Assembly: GCA_038087875.1 (NCBI GenBank)
Contig: JAXLNO010006101.1
Span: forward strand, 1-64,000
Direction: 5' to 3'
Length of the DNA stretch: 64,000 bases
DNA from: Malacoraja senta
Taxonomy: Eukaryota
Both the position numbers and the translations under genes were made by a program. Positions 35,549-49,800 of this stretch are shown piece after piece; the stretch's first letter is position 1; each line of letters starts with the position of its first letter. The notes beneath the pieces were generated by a model, which saw nothing but the letters and a program-made list of their open reading frames with translations, ran no database searches and was not told the DNA's origin.

Positions 35549-36172
35549 ATACCCAGAAAGCAAGGAAAAGTTCAAGCTTAAGGAGAGGAAATCTGAATTC
35601 ACATTCTAGACCTTCATCATTTAATTTGGCAACTAAAATGTTGCAACTCTATTTACCTCCACAGATGCTGTTGGATCATTTCCAACATGTTATATTTCTG
35701 TTTCAAGTTTATAGCACCATGTCATTATTTTACCTTATTTTCCACTGAAAATGGAAAGGTTGTTTGATAGATTTGTAATGTAATCATAGCCTAGAACATG
35801 GGTCCTTTGCTGATTAATATTGAGTCGAGTCCAGCAATACATTCCTCAGGGCTTGAGCAATTGTGCTCTTGACCTGCTGTGAATTTATCAGAGAGTAGAG
35901 TAAGGATGTGTAAAAGTGTAGTTATGCCGGCTGAAGTATGTACATTTTTGAGATGGTAGAGAAAATGGGAAGATGAATCACTTCTGTTCAGAAGACATTT
36001 AACAAGGTTACACTTAAAGTGTTTATAAACATTTGTGAGGTAGGATCAGGTTATTTGACTGGAAGGTAATTTTCCCCAAGTGAATGTGGGTGGTGGGAAA
36101 ATTGAGAGAGGAGATTAATTGGAATGTGAGATTTACATGGAAACATAAAATACTGTAGGTGCAGGAGTAGGC

Positions 36173-36654
36173 ACGTAAGCCAGACCCGTTTAACCACCTG
36201 GAGATGGTCTGTAGTGATACCTTCTAACGAGGTTTTATGTAACTAACAATATTGCTAGTTCAGAGTCTATAAGGCTCTTAGGGACCTTAACATTCTGGTG
36301 TAGATGTGTGACCCCACACAACCCAAGGTCCATGGGATATGCAAACATCTAGTTTGACCTTATGCCCCTGGTCTACTCTGCTTGACTAAGTCATAAACAT
36401 AAAACCTTATTATTGCCCGCAGATCTTCCTATCCAGTGTTAACTTATGCAATGACTGGACCCGTTGCGCTGAACTCAGCGCCATGAGCATAATCACGAGT
36501 AAGTGAGTTTGACCAAGGACAGGGATGTAGCTGGAGCCCACCGGCGAATTGACGTAGCACAATGTTAACAACCCATATCTCTACGTCCCTAGGCCTGGGA
36601 GGTTTTGAGTTGAAGATACCCTTCATAATCTAGATGTCAGAGGGTGAAGACCGC
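36173..36654 (-). mobile_element. DIRS-type tyrosine recombinase fragment
   Basis: Frameshift-corrected minus strand: IMKGIFNSKPPRPRDVEIWVVNIVL…SLSLVKLT…VIMLMALSSAQRVQSLHKL…VKQSRPG…KPR*KVSLQTISRWL, matching the recalled DIRS YR pattern (KGIFN.RPP.PRY..WDV; LALxxAQRV; K.SRPG; VS..TISRWLK). Confidence 0.8.
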
Positions 36655-36944
36655 GCCAGCACGCATGCTGATCATCCAAAATCTGTACCCCGTTCCTGCT
36701 TTTTACCCATATCCTTGATTCCATTAGCCCTAAGAGCTAAATCTAACTCTATCTTGAAAACATCCAGTGAATTGGCCTCCACTGCCTTCTGTGGCAGAGA
36801 ATACCACAGATATACAACTCTCTGGGTGAAAACGGTTTTCCTTATCTCACTCCTAAATGGCCTATCCCTTATTTTTAAACTATGACGCAAGTTTCTGTGT
36901 TCGATGACTTTATTCTCCTCAGTGATTTGATACACACGTTAATA

Positions 36945-37250
36945 GTTTAGTTTAGAGATATAGAGCAGAAACTGGCCCTTTGGCCCACCGAGTCTGCACC
37001 GGACAGCGATTCACGCACCTTAACGCTACCCTACACACAAACTTGGGAATATTTAATATTTACACCAAGCCCATTAACCTATAAACATGTACGTCTTTGA
37101 AGTGTGGGAAAAAATCGATGGTCTTGGAGAAAACCCATGCAGGTCACAGGGAGAACGTACAAACTCCATACAGACAGCACCTATAGTTAGGATCGAACCC
37201 GGGTCTCTGGCACTGTGAGGCAGTCACTCTACCTCTACTGCACCGTGCCA
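36945..37250 (-). mobile_element. HE1/V-SINE-type SINE
   Basis: Reverse complement of the SINE consensus including B-box GGTTCGATCC. Confidence 0.8.
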
Positions 37251-37269
37251 CCCATAATAGTGCTGCCCA

Positions 37270-38200
37270 AAAGTCAAGAGAGTTTTATTGTCATGTGTCC
37301 CAGATAGGACAATGAATTCTTGTTTGCTGCAGCACAACAGAATATGTAAACATAATACAGAGATAAAAGTTCAGTGTGTCTATATACCATAGACCATATA
37401 TATACACAATAAATAAACATATAACGTGCAATAGGCTGTTATTGTTCAGAGTTTGTTTGATGTCGTGTTTAATAGCCTGATGTCTGTGGGGAAGAAGCTG
37501 TTCTTGAACCTGGATGTTCCAGATTTCAAGCTCCTGCACCTTCTTCCCGATGGCAATGGAGAGATGAGTGTGTGGCCAGGACGGTATGGGTCTTTGATGA
37601 TGTTGGCAGCCATTTTGAGGCAGCGACTGCGATGGATCCCTTCGATGGTGGGGAGGTCAGAGCCGAAGATGGACTGAGCAGTGTTTACAACTTTCTTCAT
37701 TCTTTTCCGCTCCTGGACGTTCAAGTTGCCGAACCAAGCCACGATGCAACCAGTCAGTTTGCTCTCTACTGTGCACATGTAGAATTTCGAGAGAGTCCAC
37801 CATGACATACCATCTCTCCGTAATCTTCTCAGGAAGTAGAGGAGCTGATGTGCCTTCTTTATAATTGCATCAGTGTGCTGGGACCTGGAAAGATCTTTGG
37901 AAATATGCACCCTCAGGAATTTGAAGTTCTTGACCCTTTCCACCATATAAATTTGATATAAATGGGATTGTGAGTCCCTATCCTACCCCTTCCAAAGTCC
38001 ACAATCAGTTCCTTGGTTTTACTGGTGTTGAGGGCCAGGTTATTGTGCTGGCACCATTTGGTCAATCGGTCGATCTCACTAATATACTCTGACTCATCAC
38101 CATCAGTGATTCGTCACACAACAGTGGTGTTGTCGGCGAACTTGATGATGGAGTTCGGACTATGTCTGGCTACGCAGTCATGAGTATAGAGTGAGTACAG
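37270..38200 (-). mobile_element. Rex1/Babar-type 3' fragment
   Basis: VERVKNFKFL.VHIS…IIKKAHQLLYFLRRL…NIIKDPYRPGHTLISPLPSGRRCRSLKSGTSRFKNSFFP. Confidence 0.85.
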
Positions 38201-39639
38201 TAGAACAGTTTTCTTGTTTTTCAGTCATCAATATTCTCACTAGAATGGGCCATAAAAAGTACTTCCTGTGGAAAAAGTTCAGTAACTTGGGGGGAAAAAA
38301 GATTTAAACTAATTGGTCAACTAAATTGTAAAAGACAATGTGAAAAGAATACAAATGTGATCTATGAACTAGTTCAAAGAGCTGCCTTGCCTCAGGCACC
38401 ATCCACTGAATGCTGCCGAGTGGTGTATTTGTGGAATACTTTGTAGGATTGCATGGAATAAAAATATACATCAATCATAATTAATTTAAATGGCACAGAG
38501 GATGCCAGGTTTTATTTACACTCTATTTGGAGACACAGAACAATGCTGCACAAGGCAGGATGTACAGGAAGGAACTGCTGATGCTGGTTAAAACTCTCCA
38601 GTGAGTCCCTCAGCACGTACTCCTGCAGTCTGGAATGGACAGACAATGGTTTGGGTCAGACACTTCTTCAGACTGATTGTAATAGAAAGCTGAAAAAGAG
38701 ATGTGGGGCTGGGACAAAGCCTGGCAAGTGATACAGGTGATAAGACACAAAAAGCTGGAGTAACTCAGCGGGACAGGCAGGATCTCTGGAGAGAAGGAAA
38801 GGGTGATGTTTCGGGTCGAGACCCTTCTTCAGACCCTTTGTCACCTTTTCACCTCTAGCCATTGCCACTTACTCCACCCGTCTATTTATCAAAATCTGTT
38901 CTCTAGTCGCACCAGCTTCTCGTTTTCACCCAACAAATAGCTTACAATGGCCTGTTTCCTTTATCATCGTTACTTTTTTGCATATCTTTCATTCATTGTT
39001 CTTTATCTCTCTACATCATTGTCTATATCTCTTGTTTCCCTGATCTCTAACTAGTCTGAAGAAGAATCTCGACCTGAAAAGTCACCCATTCCTTCTCTCC
39101 AGAGATGCTGCCTGTCCCACTGAGTTACTCCAGCATTTTATGTCTTATCACCTGGACACTGAGAATGGCAGAAAAGTTTTTTGCCCTGTTCTTGTTTTGT
39201 ATATATTTCATTATTCTGAATAATGTTTATTTTTGGATGGGATAAAATCCCTCCAAATATTACCTGACCTGCTGAGTCTCTGCAGCCCTTTGTGTTTTGC
39301 AGTGAATAGTATATATGATGTGGATATGAATATTGGTGGTTTGATTAGTAGGTTTGCAGATGACATGTACATTGAAGAAGGTTGTCTATGGATCCAGTGG
39401 GATACAGATTAGCTAGAGAGCTGGATGGAGCAATAACAGAAGGAATGTAATCCAGACATGTGTGAAGTTGTGCGTGTCGGCATGTCATGTTCTGGTAGGA
39501 CATAAACGGTAAGAACCTGAGCGGTGTTAATATACAGCGAGTCCTTGGGTTGCAAGTTCATAGTTACCTGAAAACGCCGACAAGGGTAGACAGGAAAGCA
39601 AAAAATGCACTTTGGCATGTTTGTCCACTTAGACATAGA

Positions 39640-40205
39640 AACATATAAAATTGGTGCAGGAGTAGGCCATTTGGCCCTTCAAGCCAGCACCACCATTCAA
39701 TATGGTCATGGCTGATCAACCAGAATCAGTACCCTGTTCCTGCTTTCTCCCCATATCCCTTGATTCCGTTAACCCTAAGAGCTAACTCTCTCTTGAATAC
39801 ATTCAGTGAATTGGTCTCCGCTGCCTTCTGTGGCAGAGAATTCCACAGATTCACAACACTCTGGGTGAAAAGGTTTTTCCCCATCTCAATCCTAAATGGC
39901 CTACCCCTTATTCGTAAACTGTGACCCCTGGTTCTGGACTCCCCCAACATTGAGAATATTTTTCCTGCATCTAGTCTGTCAAATCCCTTATTAGTTTTCT
40001 GTTTCTATCTGATCCCCTCTCATCCTTCTGAATTCCAGTGAATATAAGCCCAGTCGATTCATTCTTGTATCATATGTCAGTCCTGCCATCCCGGGAATTA
40101 ACCTGTTGAACTTTACTGCACTCCTTCAATAGCAAGAATGTCCTTCTTCAAACTAGGTGACCAAGACTGCACAAAATACTCCAGGTGCAGTCTCACCAAG
40201 GCCCT
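39640..40205 (-). mobile_element. CR1 3' fragment
   Basis: GESRTRGHSLRIRGRPFRIEMGKNLFTQSVVNLWNSLP plus tail. Confidence 0.88.
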
Positions 40206-40539
40206 GTATAACTGAATAGACTCTGGCATCAAGTATAAGAGTTGAGAAATCAAACAAAACATTGGTTAGGCTGCACATGGAGTATTGTGTAGAGTTCTGG
40301 TCGCTCCTCTACTAACATTACTGTGCGGGGATCACTGGTCGGCGTGGGCCGAAGGGCCTGTTTCTGCAATGTATCTCTAAACTAAAAAGGATGTGATGGC
40401 ATCAAAAGTAGTGCAGAAGGGTTTTGCGAGGTTGTTGCCTGGAATAGAGGTCTGGTGTTATGTGAAGAGATTGGATAGGCTGCATTTATTCTCACTAGAA
40501 TGCAGGAGTGAAATAATGAGGGCTATAGATAGTGTCAGA

Positions 40540-40965
40540 AGGAACTGCAGATGCTGGTTTAAACAGAAGAAAGACACAAAAAGCTGGAGTAACTCAGTGA
40601 GACAGGAAGCATCACTGGAGAGAAGGAATAGGTGATATTTTGGGTTGAGTCCCTTCTTCAGGAAGGATCTACAGATGCTGGTTTACACCGAAGACAGATG
40701 TAAAATGCTGGAGTAACTCAGTGGGACAGGCAGCATCACTGGAGAGAAGGAATGGGTGACATTTCGGGTCGACATCCTTCTTCAGGAAGGATTAACAGAT
40801 GTTGGTTTACACCGAAGACCGACATAAAATGCTGGAGTAACTCAGCAGGACAGGCAGCATCTTTGGAGGGAAGGAATGAGTGACGTTTCTAAACATCATC
40901 CATTCCTTCTCTCCAGAAATACTGCCTGCCCTGCTGAGTTACTCCAGCATTTTGTGTCTATCTTT
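40540..40965. repeat. Tandem and inverted array of PLE terminal repeats
   Basis: Three head-to-tail copies of GGAACTGCAGATGCTGG…ATGCTGGAGTAACTCAG…GCAGCATC…GGAGAGAAGGAATGGGTGAC, followed by an inverted partial copy. Confidence 0.8.
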
Positions 40966-41414
40966 GGGGTATAGATAGGATAGAGAGTAACTGTCTCTTT
41001 TCCAGGGCAGTGGAGACTAGAACTGGAGGTTTAAGGTGATGGGAGAGAAATGTCAAGGGGATCTGAGCAGACGTTTCTCACTGCAGTAGTTATCTGGAAT
41101 GAGCTGCAGGGGAGATGGTAGAGGCAGATATAATCACAATGTCTATAAAGCATTTGGACTTTTGGTAGGAAAGTCAGGGAGGGATATGTGCGTAATTCAT
41201 GTAATTGTAGATAAACATCTCGGTCAGCATAAACAAGTTTGGGCAAATGGGCCTGTTTATATGCTGCAGGATTCAGTTTATTTTAAGATTCTTTCTGTGG
41301 TTTTCATGTTGCTATCTCTATTAGCCAGAATAAGCACTGAAAATGGCTCAAGCAGTCTACACCAGAGAGAACACTGCGTGAACCAAAGAAAGTGAGATAT
41401 GTAAAATAGGTTCT

Positions 41415-41725
41415 TTAGTTTTTTAATTTAGATACACAGCGCGGAAACAGGCCTTTCGGCCCACCGAGTCTGCACCGACCAGCGACTAACCCGCACACCA
41501 ACACTATCCTATGCACACGAGGGACAATTTGACACATGCATCAATCCAATTAACCTACATTCCTGCACGTCTTTGGAGTGTGGGAGGAAATCGAAGATCT
41601 CAGCGAAAATCCACGCAGGTCACGGGGATAACGTACTAACTCCGTACAGACAGCACCCATAGTCAGGATTGAAACCGGGTCTCTGGCACTGCAAACACTG
41701 TAAGGCAGCAACTCTACCACTGTGC
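41415..41725 (-). mobile_element. HE1/V-SINE-type SINE
   Basis: Reverse complement of the SINE consensus. Confidence 0.8.
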
Positions 41726-42589
41726 CACTGTGCCGCCCTTATTGGTAACTTTGTGTGATCTTATTTTGTTAGGATGCAAATTCTATGGGAACGCTTTCTC
41801 AAAGAGATAGATAATGATGTAGAAACAATGAACTGCAGATGCTTGTTTGTACCAAAGAGAGTCACAAAGTGCTGGAGTAACTCAACGGGTCAGATGTGTT
41901 CTACAGCATCTCTGTAGATAAAGGATGGGTGATGCTGGGTGAAGCTTCAGGTTGGGATCCTTCTTCAGACTGATGTATCGGGTTGGGACCCTTCTTCAGA
42001 CTAACCCTGCTTGAGACTGAAGTAGGGTCCCGACACGAAGTGTCATCCAGCCTTTTTCTCCAGAGATGCTGCCGGTCTCGCTGAGTTACTTTAGCACTCT
42101 GTGTCTAAGGTTGATAATGAGTTGTTCAATCCTGATTTTTTGTGATGTTAATTTCTGCATGTTCACAGGGCAGACTGTGAGAGTAAACAGTTGAAAAACT
42201 AGTCTAGCAGGAAATGTGTGGTATTTGAGTAAGTGTGAATGTGGGGCCTCTCCAGTGAGACGATAGGGGAACTCCCTGACAAAGGGAGATGTGGTGAACA
42301 AGTCACCAGGAGGTCATATCAAAGCAGAAGTTAAATGTTACATTGATATTTTTAGAGTCTGCTCTTGATGTACTGGCATGATGCAATCCGATTTGGACAA
42401 CTTACTGTATATTGCAGCTCAAAATGATATAGAGATATAGCATTGGAACAGTGTTTAAGAAGGAACTGCAGATGCTGGAAAAATCAAAGGTACACAAAAA
42501 TACTGGAGAAACTCAGCGGGTGCAGCAGCATCTATGGAGCGAAGGAAATAGGCAAAGTTTCGGGCCGAAACCCTTCTTCAGACTTCAGT

Positions 42590-42882
42590 CACGGCACGGT
42601 GGGGCAGCGGTAGAGTTGCTGCCTTAAAGTGTCAGAGCCCCGGGTCCGATCCTGACTATGGCTGCTGTCTGTACGGAGTTTGTACATTCTCCCCATGACC
42701 AGTGGGTTTTCGCCAAGATCTTCGGTTTCCTCCCACACTCCAAAGACGTACAGGTTTGTAGGTTAATAGGCTTGATATAAATGTAAATTGTCCTTCGTGT
42801 GTAGGATAGTGTTAATGTGCGGGGATCTGTGCCGACTCGTGCTGAAGGGCCTGTTTCCACACTGTATCTCTAAACTAAACTA
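42590..42882 (+). mobile_element. Full-length HE1/V-SINE-type SINE
   Basis: GGCACGGTGGGGCAGCGGTAGAG…GGTCCGATCC…CTCTAAACTAAACTAAA. Confidence 0.85.
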
Positions 42883-43260
42883 AAATAATCTAAGTAAGCT
42901 TGACATCTAGAATAATGTACAGCATAGAAACAGGCCCTTCAGCCCAGCTTATCTATGCCAGCCAAGATGCCCCATCTACCCTTGACCCACCTATCTATAT
43001 TTTAGCTTAGTTTAATTTATTATTAATGTCACGTGTACTGTTTTGCAGTGAAAATGTTTCTTGTGTGCTATCCAGTCAGTGAAAAGACTACATTACAATG
43101 AAGCCGTCATTGTAATGTTATCTATAGATACAGGGTAAATGATATCATGTTTAGTGCAATGTAAATCCGATTGGTGCTTTGCCGATTTCCCTCCAAACCT
43201 TTCCTATCCATAGAAATGTCTATTACTTGACAATAATTGTATTATTGTCTTTGTGTCTAG

Positions 43261-43521
43261 AGCCTCACACACTGATCTACTACTACACCCTGAACCACGG
43301 GAGTACTCATCTACCAGAATATAGTGTTGTGGGTGTTCTGGACGGTTGTGAGATACAGTATTATGACAAAAACATGGTCATTACAGTTCCAAGACAGAAA
43401 TGGATGGCGGCTGCATTTGACAGGAATTACTGGGTAACAAATACGGTCTCTGAAACTGGTTTCCATGGAATCATCAAAGGGCAAGTCGATGAATGGATGC
43501 AGAGGCAGAACGAAACAGCAA
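43261..43521 (+). CDS. MHC class I-like heavy chain, alpha1-domain exon
   Basis: TCTAG| acceptor and |GTTAGT donor; 261 nt, phase 1-1, open. Translation EPHTLIYYYTLNHGSTHLPEYSVVGVLDGCEIQYYDKNMVITVPRQKWMAAAFDRNYWVTNT…WMQRQNETA contains the HxLxYxYT, PEY..VG.LD, YYD, VPRQ.WM and YW motifs and the terminal N-glycosylation site. Confidence 0.88.
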
Positions 43522-45499
43522 GTTAGTTCATTCATTTCAATACAATTGGAGTGTGATCAATGTTCATAAAAAAACATCTCAAAGAAATTTCTCGCTGTGC
43601 CAGAGACCCAGGTTTGATCCCGACTACATGTTCTCCCTGTGAACACAGATATTTCCTCCAGGTGCTCCGGTTTCATCCCATATCTTGAAAACGTGAGAGT
43701 TTGTAGGTTAATTGGGCTCTGTAAATTACTCTTGTGTGCTGAGAATGGGTGAGGAAAGTGGGATTACATAGATGTGTAGGAAGGAACTGAAGATGCTGGT
43801 TTACAGCAAAGATAGGCACAATGTGCTGGAGTAACTCAGCGGGACAGGCAGCATCTTTGGATACAAGGAATGGATGACTTTTCAGGTCAAGACCCTTCCT
43901 CAGACAGAGTGTTTCCCCTGACTTACTCCAGCATTTTGTGTCCATTTTGGGATAACATAGAACTAGTGTGAAAGATGATCGATGGTTGGCATGGAATTGG
44001 TGGGCAGAATGGCCCGTTTCCATGCTGAGTTACTAACCTAAGAACTGCAGATGCTGCAAATGTGAAATAAAAACCAAAAATGCCATTGTCTGATGGCTTC
44101 ATTGTCAGTTTATCACCATGGAAACCTGTCATTACCGTATTAGTGATACCCGCTATGTCCAACCATGCCTCCCACTCCTGTCTGTAACTTACACATTCTC
44201 ACAATTCTGAAGCATTAATTTTGTTTCTCTTTCCATAGGTTCTGTTGAACCTGCTGTGTGTTCCAGCATTTTACAAATCATTAAAATGTTGGTGGCTTTT
44301 TGAATGGTTAAAATCCCTTGCGTACCTCACCAATTGTTTTTACTTTTATTGACAAATTTTGAATGAAATGTGTGAAATATTTAAAGGATAACCTAAATGG
44401 CATTGTGGTTCAGCCGTAGTGTTGCTGCCGTAGTGCCAGAGACCCAGGGTTGATCCTGGCCTCAGGTGCTGTCTGTACATAGTTTGTACGTACTCCCCGT
44501 GACCTGCGTGGGATTTCCCCGGGTGCTCCGGTTTCCTCCCACACTCCAAGCCTGTATGCCAAAGTGGATCACTGGTCACTGTGGACTCTAAGGGCTGTTT
44601 TCGTGCTATATCTCTAAATTATCTTGGGCACCAATTGTAAAGTAAGCTGTCCAAATCCATCTGCACCACACTTGTATATCCATATAAGTTGCAATTGGAC
44701 ATGTTTTGTATTGTAAATCAATAAGTCCTATCACCATTACTGTGTTAATTCAATGACATTCGTAGTGTACCATTGAACAAAGCAGGACTAGGCGTGGGGG
44801 AACCATGGTGAGGTGGGGAGGGGGGGGGTGGGGACAAAGGAGGACCTGGTGTGGGAGACTTTATAACTTTGTCGGTGCCCTTTATGTGAAGAATCTTGAC
44901 ATACGTTGGGTTTACAAAACAAAGACTTTCACTGTGACTTGTCACATGTCACAATAAAGTATCATTCATTCATGATTAATTATTGCTGAAAACATTGCTT
45001 TTTGTTACCTCTTCGGTTACACATTAAACAAATTATATTATTAATCTTTAACTGGACTAAAACAGGGTGAGGGTACAAACAGGGAACAATACATCAAAAT
45101 ATTATGCACTGGGCATAATTCTATCAATTTTCCACATCTTGCAATATTTATTATTATTTTCAAATTATATGTGAATACATGTGAATGACATTTATTAGAT
45201 TATCATCTGATTCATTGAACCATGTTTATTGAATCATATTGCCTTCAAAAATATGTTTTATATTTGCATTATTTATGGTGCGCTTATTATCTGCAACATT
45301 GTTATGTTTATGAGATTTATGAGCATATTGTCGGGGCTCAAGGGTGTGAACAAGAGGGAGAGATTGGGCAAGCCAGGGCTTTATTCCATGGAGCACAGGA
45401 GGCTGAGGGGTGATCATATAGGGGTGCTTAAAATCATGAGGGGAATTGATAGATGTATGCCCAGAGCCTTTTACCCAGAGAAGGAGAATAAAATGCTGG

Positions 45500-45970
45500 A
45501 GAATGATATAAATGCTGGAGAAACTCAGCGGGTGAGGCAGCATCTCTGGAGCAAAGGAAATAGGCAACGTTTAGGGCCGAAAACCCTTCTTCAGACTGAT
45601 GTGAGGGTGGGGGGAATGGGGGGGGGCAGGAAGAAGAAAGGAAGAGGTGGAGTCAGTGGGCTGAGGGAGAGCTGAGAAGGGGAGGAGAAAGTAGGGACTA
45701 CCTGAAATTAGAGGTCAATGTTCATACCGCTGGGGTGTAAACTGCCCAAGCGAAATATGAGGTGCTGCTCCTCCAATTTACGGCGGTCCTCACTCTGGCC
45801 ATGGAGGAGGCCGAGGGTAGAAAGGTCGGATTTGGAATGGGAGGGGGGAGTTGAAGTGCTGATCCACAGGGAGATGAGGTTGGTTGTTGCGAACCGAGCG
45901 GAGGCGTTTGGCGAAACGATCGCCAAGCCTGCGCTTGGTCTCACCGATGTAGAGCAGCTGACATCTAGAG
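45500..45970 (-). mobile_element. Penelope 3' fragment (GIY-YIG C-terminus and terminal repeat)
   Basis: EDRRKLEEQHLIFRLGSLHPSGMNID on the minus strand, plus the hammerhead-like terminal repeat. Confidence 0.85.
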
Positions 45971-46894
45971 AGAAACGTTTTGAATGATGTCTACCGATTC
46001 CAGGGTAAATGGGACTAGCTTAAATGGGGTATCTTGATTAGCATGGACAAGTTGGGCCAAAGGGCTTGTTTCCCTGCTGTGTGACTCTCTATGACTGCTT
46101 TATAGCAAAGAGCGCTGCTGCCTCACAGCGCCAGTGATCCGGGTTCAATCATCTCCAGTGCAGTCTGTGTGGAGTATAAGCATTCTCCCTGTGACAATGT
46201 TTGTTCTCCAGTTTCCTCCCACATACCAAAATGTGCTGAATTAGTAGATTAAGCCACCGCTGCAAATAGAGGTGGATTTGTGGCATTGATAGAAATGAGG
46301 AAGATCCGTTTTGGGGCAAATTAGTGTTGGAATAATTTTGTTCTCTGGGTAAAAGGCTCTGGGCATACACTCTATCAATTCCCCTCATGATTTTAAGCAC
46401 CCCTATATGATCACCCCTCAGCCTCCTGAGTGGGCTCAGGAGGCTGAAAGACCTCTTTCTCTGTCACATGGAATTATGGGCAGTTATTTATCCTTGAATT
46501 GCCTTCTTTCTCATTTTAGTCAACAATGTAAAATTGAACTAATTGTCTGGATTGAACTATTTAACAATTGTAGATGAAAGGAAGAGCAGAGGCTGCTTTC
46601 CTCCAGACACAAAGTGCTGAGGAACTCAACGGGTCAAGCGGCATCTTTGGAGAACATGGGAAGGCAGATATTTCGGGTGAGGATCCTACTTCAGACTGAA
46701 GTTGGGTCACATTAGAACATGCTTTGTACTCACACTCGCAGTCCAGTGTTAGTTTTCAAGGATTTTTTGTTATTCACAGCTTGTAGTTGTTACATATTCA
46801 GCAGAGAGAAGACGAGACAAACTAAAGCACCTGCAAAACTCAACTAAAAGACCGCAGAAAGAAGCTTGAAAAGAAGGCTCTTATCTAAACAACG

Positions 46895-49800
46895 TACTTT
46901 CAAGAGAGAGTTAGATTTAGCTCTTAAGGCTAAAGGAATCAAGGGATATGGGGGAAAAGATTAGTTAAAACAAATGTAGGTCCCTTGCAGTCAGAAACAG
47001 GTGAATTGATCATGGAGAACAAGGACATGGCAGACCAATTGAATAACTACTTTGGTTCTGTCTTCACTAAGGAAGACTTAATTAACTGCCGGAAATAGCA
47101 GGGGACCGGGGGTCAAATGAGATGGAGGAACTGAGTGAAATCCAGGTAGCCGGGAAGTGGTGTTAGGTAAATTGAATGGATTAAAGGCCGATAAATCCCC
47201 AGGGCCAGATAGGCTGCATCCCAGAGTACTTAAGGAAGTAGCCCCAGAAATAGTGGATGCATTAGTGATAATTTTTCAAAACTCTTTAGATTCTGGAGTA
47301 GTTCCTGAGGATTGGAGGGTAGCTAATGTAACCCCGCTTTTTAAAAAGGGAGGGAGAGAGAAAACGGGGATTACAGGCCAGTTAGTCTAACATCGGTAGT
47401 GGGGAAACTGCTAGAGTCAGTTATTAAAGATGGGATAGCAGCACATTAGGAAAATGGTGAAATCATTGGACAAAGTCAGCATGGATTTATGAAAGGTAAA
47501 TCATGTCTGACGAATCTTATAGAATTTTTCGAGGATGTAACTAGTAGAGGGAGAACCAGTGGATGTGTTATATCTGGACTTTCAGAAGACTTTCGACAAG
47601 GTCCCACATTAGAGATTAATATACAAACTTAAAGCACACGGTTATGGGGGTTCAGTATTGATGTGGATAGAGAACTGGCTGGCAGACAGGAAGCAAAGAG
47701 TAGGAGTAAACGCGTCCTTTTCAGAATGGCAGTCAGTGACTAGTGGGGCACCGCAAGGCTGAGTGCTGGGACCCCAGCTATTTACAATATATATTAATGA
47801 TTTGGACGAGGGAATCGAATGCAACATCTCCAAGTTTGCGGATGACACGAAGCTGGGGGGCAGTGTTAGCTGTGAGGAGGGTGCTAGGAGGCTGCAAGGT
47901 GACTTGGATAGGCTGGGTGAGTGGGCAAATGCAAGGCAGGTGCAGTATAATGTTGATAAATGTGTCCACTTTGGTGGCAAAAACAGGAAAGTAGACTATT
48001 ACCTGAATGGTGGCCGATTAGGAAAAGGGGAGATGCAACGAGACCTGGGTGTCATGGTACACCAGTCATTGAAAGTAGGCATGCAGGTTCAGCAGGCAGT
48101 GAAGAAAGCGAATGGTATGTTAGCATTCATAGCAAAAGGATTTGAGTATAGGAGCAGGGAGGTTCTACGGCAGGTACACAAAATTGCTGGAGAAACTCAG
48201 CGGGTGCAGCAGCATCTATGGAGCGAAGGAAATAGGCAACGTTTCGGGCCGAAACCCTTCTTCAGACTGCAGTTCTACTGCAGTTGTTCAGGGTCTTGGT
48301 GAGACCACACCTGGAGTATTGTCTACAGTTTTGGTCTCCTAATCTGAGGAAGGACATTCTTGCCATAGAGGGAGTACAGAGAAGGTTCACCAGACTGGTT
48401 CCTGGGATGTCAGGACTTTCATATGAAGAAAGACTGGATAGACTCGGCTTGTACTCGCTAGAATTTAGAAGATTGAGGGGGGATCTTATAGAAACTTACA
48501 AAATTCTTAAGGGGTTGGACAGGCTAGATGCAGGAAGATTGTTCCCGATGTTGGGGAAGTCCAGAACAAGGGGTCACAGTTTAAGGATAAAGGGGAAATC
48601 TTTTAGGACTGAGATGAGAAAAACATTTTTTACACAGAGAGTGGTGAATCTCTGGAATTCTCTGCCACAGAATGTAGTTGAGGCCAGTTCATTGGCTATA
48701 TATATTTTTTATTTTTTTATTTTTTATTTATTTTTTAGAAGTATTTTACATTACAGTAATCTGCAATAACGTAAATTTATACAGTTCTTGTACCACTTCT
48801 GTTTTTCAACTTTAATAGAAAAGAAGAATAGAAAGAACTAGCAAGGACAGTCAGTGAGTGAATGAAAAAGTGGTCCAGGAACACACATGTGAACCTAAAC
48901 CACAAGAAATAGTTAAAGAAGAAAAGAAAAAAAGAGAAAAAAGAAAATAAGATAGGACAATATGAAAGGGATGTGCCTTTTTCTTATCTGTACTCACCCC
49001 TCGCCAGGACCTAAAACCATTTATTATCAACATTTTGTTGCACCCTATGTTTGTAATAGGTCGATATATGGAGACCAAATCTTTTGGAATTGGTCTTGTT
49101 TACCTGCTAGGAGGAATCTCATATCTTCTAGATGTAACAATTCCGACATATTAGAAGTCCACATTTTTATTGTTGGCGTAGGAGCATTTTTCCAAAATTT
49201 CAGTATTAATTTTTTTGCCGTTATTAAGCCAGAACTAAGAAAACTCCTTTGAAACGAAGTCAGCTCCAAACTTGCTTCTATTGTTCCAAAAATAATCAGT
49301 TCTGCATTCGGTTTCAGTTTTATTTAAAATAATTTAGTGAAAATTTCAAAAATTTCATTCCAAAATTTTTGAACTTTTATACAAAAAACAAAAGAATGTG
49401 CTATCGTTGATTCTTGTACTAGGCATTTATCACAGTTTGCAGAGGTATTTGGGTAAAATTTACTTAATTTAGCTTTTGAATAATATAATCTATGTAAAAT
49501 TTTAAATTGAATCAGAGTATGTCTTACGTTAATCGAACATTTATGCACATATAATAGATGTTTATCCCAACTCTCTTTCGAGATTTTTATAGCTAGTTCC
49601 TGTTTCCATTCTCTTCTGATCCCGTCCGATGATGGAATTTCTATATTTAAAATGGAATTATATAGGTATGATATTAAATTAGCTGATTCCGCTTTTATAT
49701 TCATTATCCCATCTAATAAGTCAGGAGAGATATTTTGATATTCCCGTGTATACTTTTTCAAATAGTCACGTAGTTGGAAATATTTAAAATATTGATTATT

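Noticed and set aside
34600-43260. Leader (signal peptide) exon and ISRE/SXY promoter for the MHC-like gene
   Set aside because: I found no convincing ATG, hydrophobic run and GT donor combination by eye.
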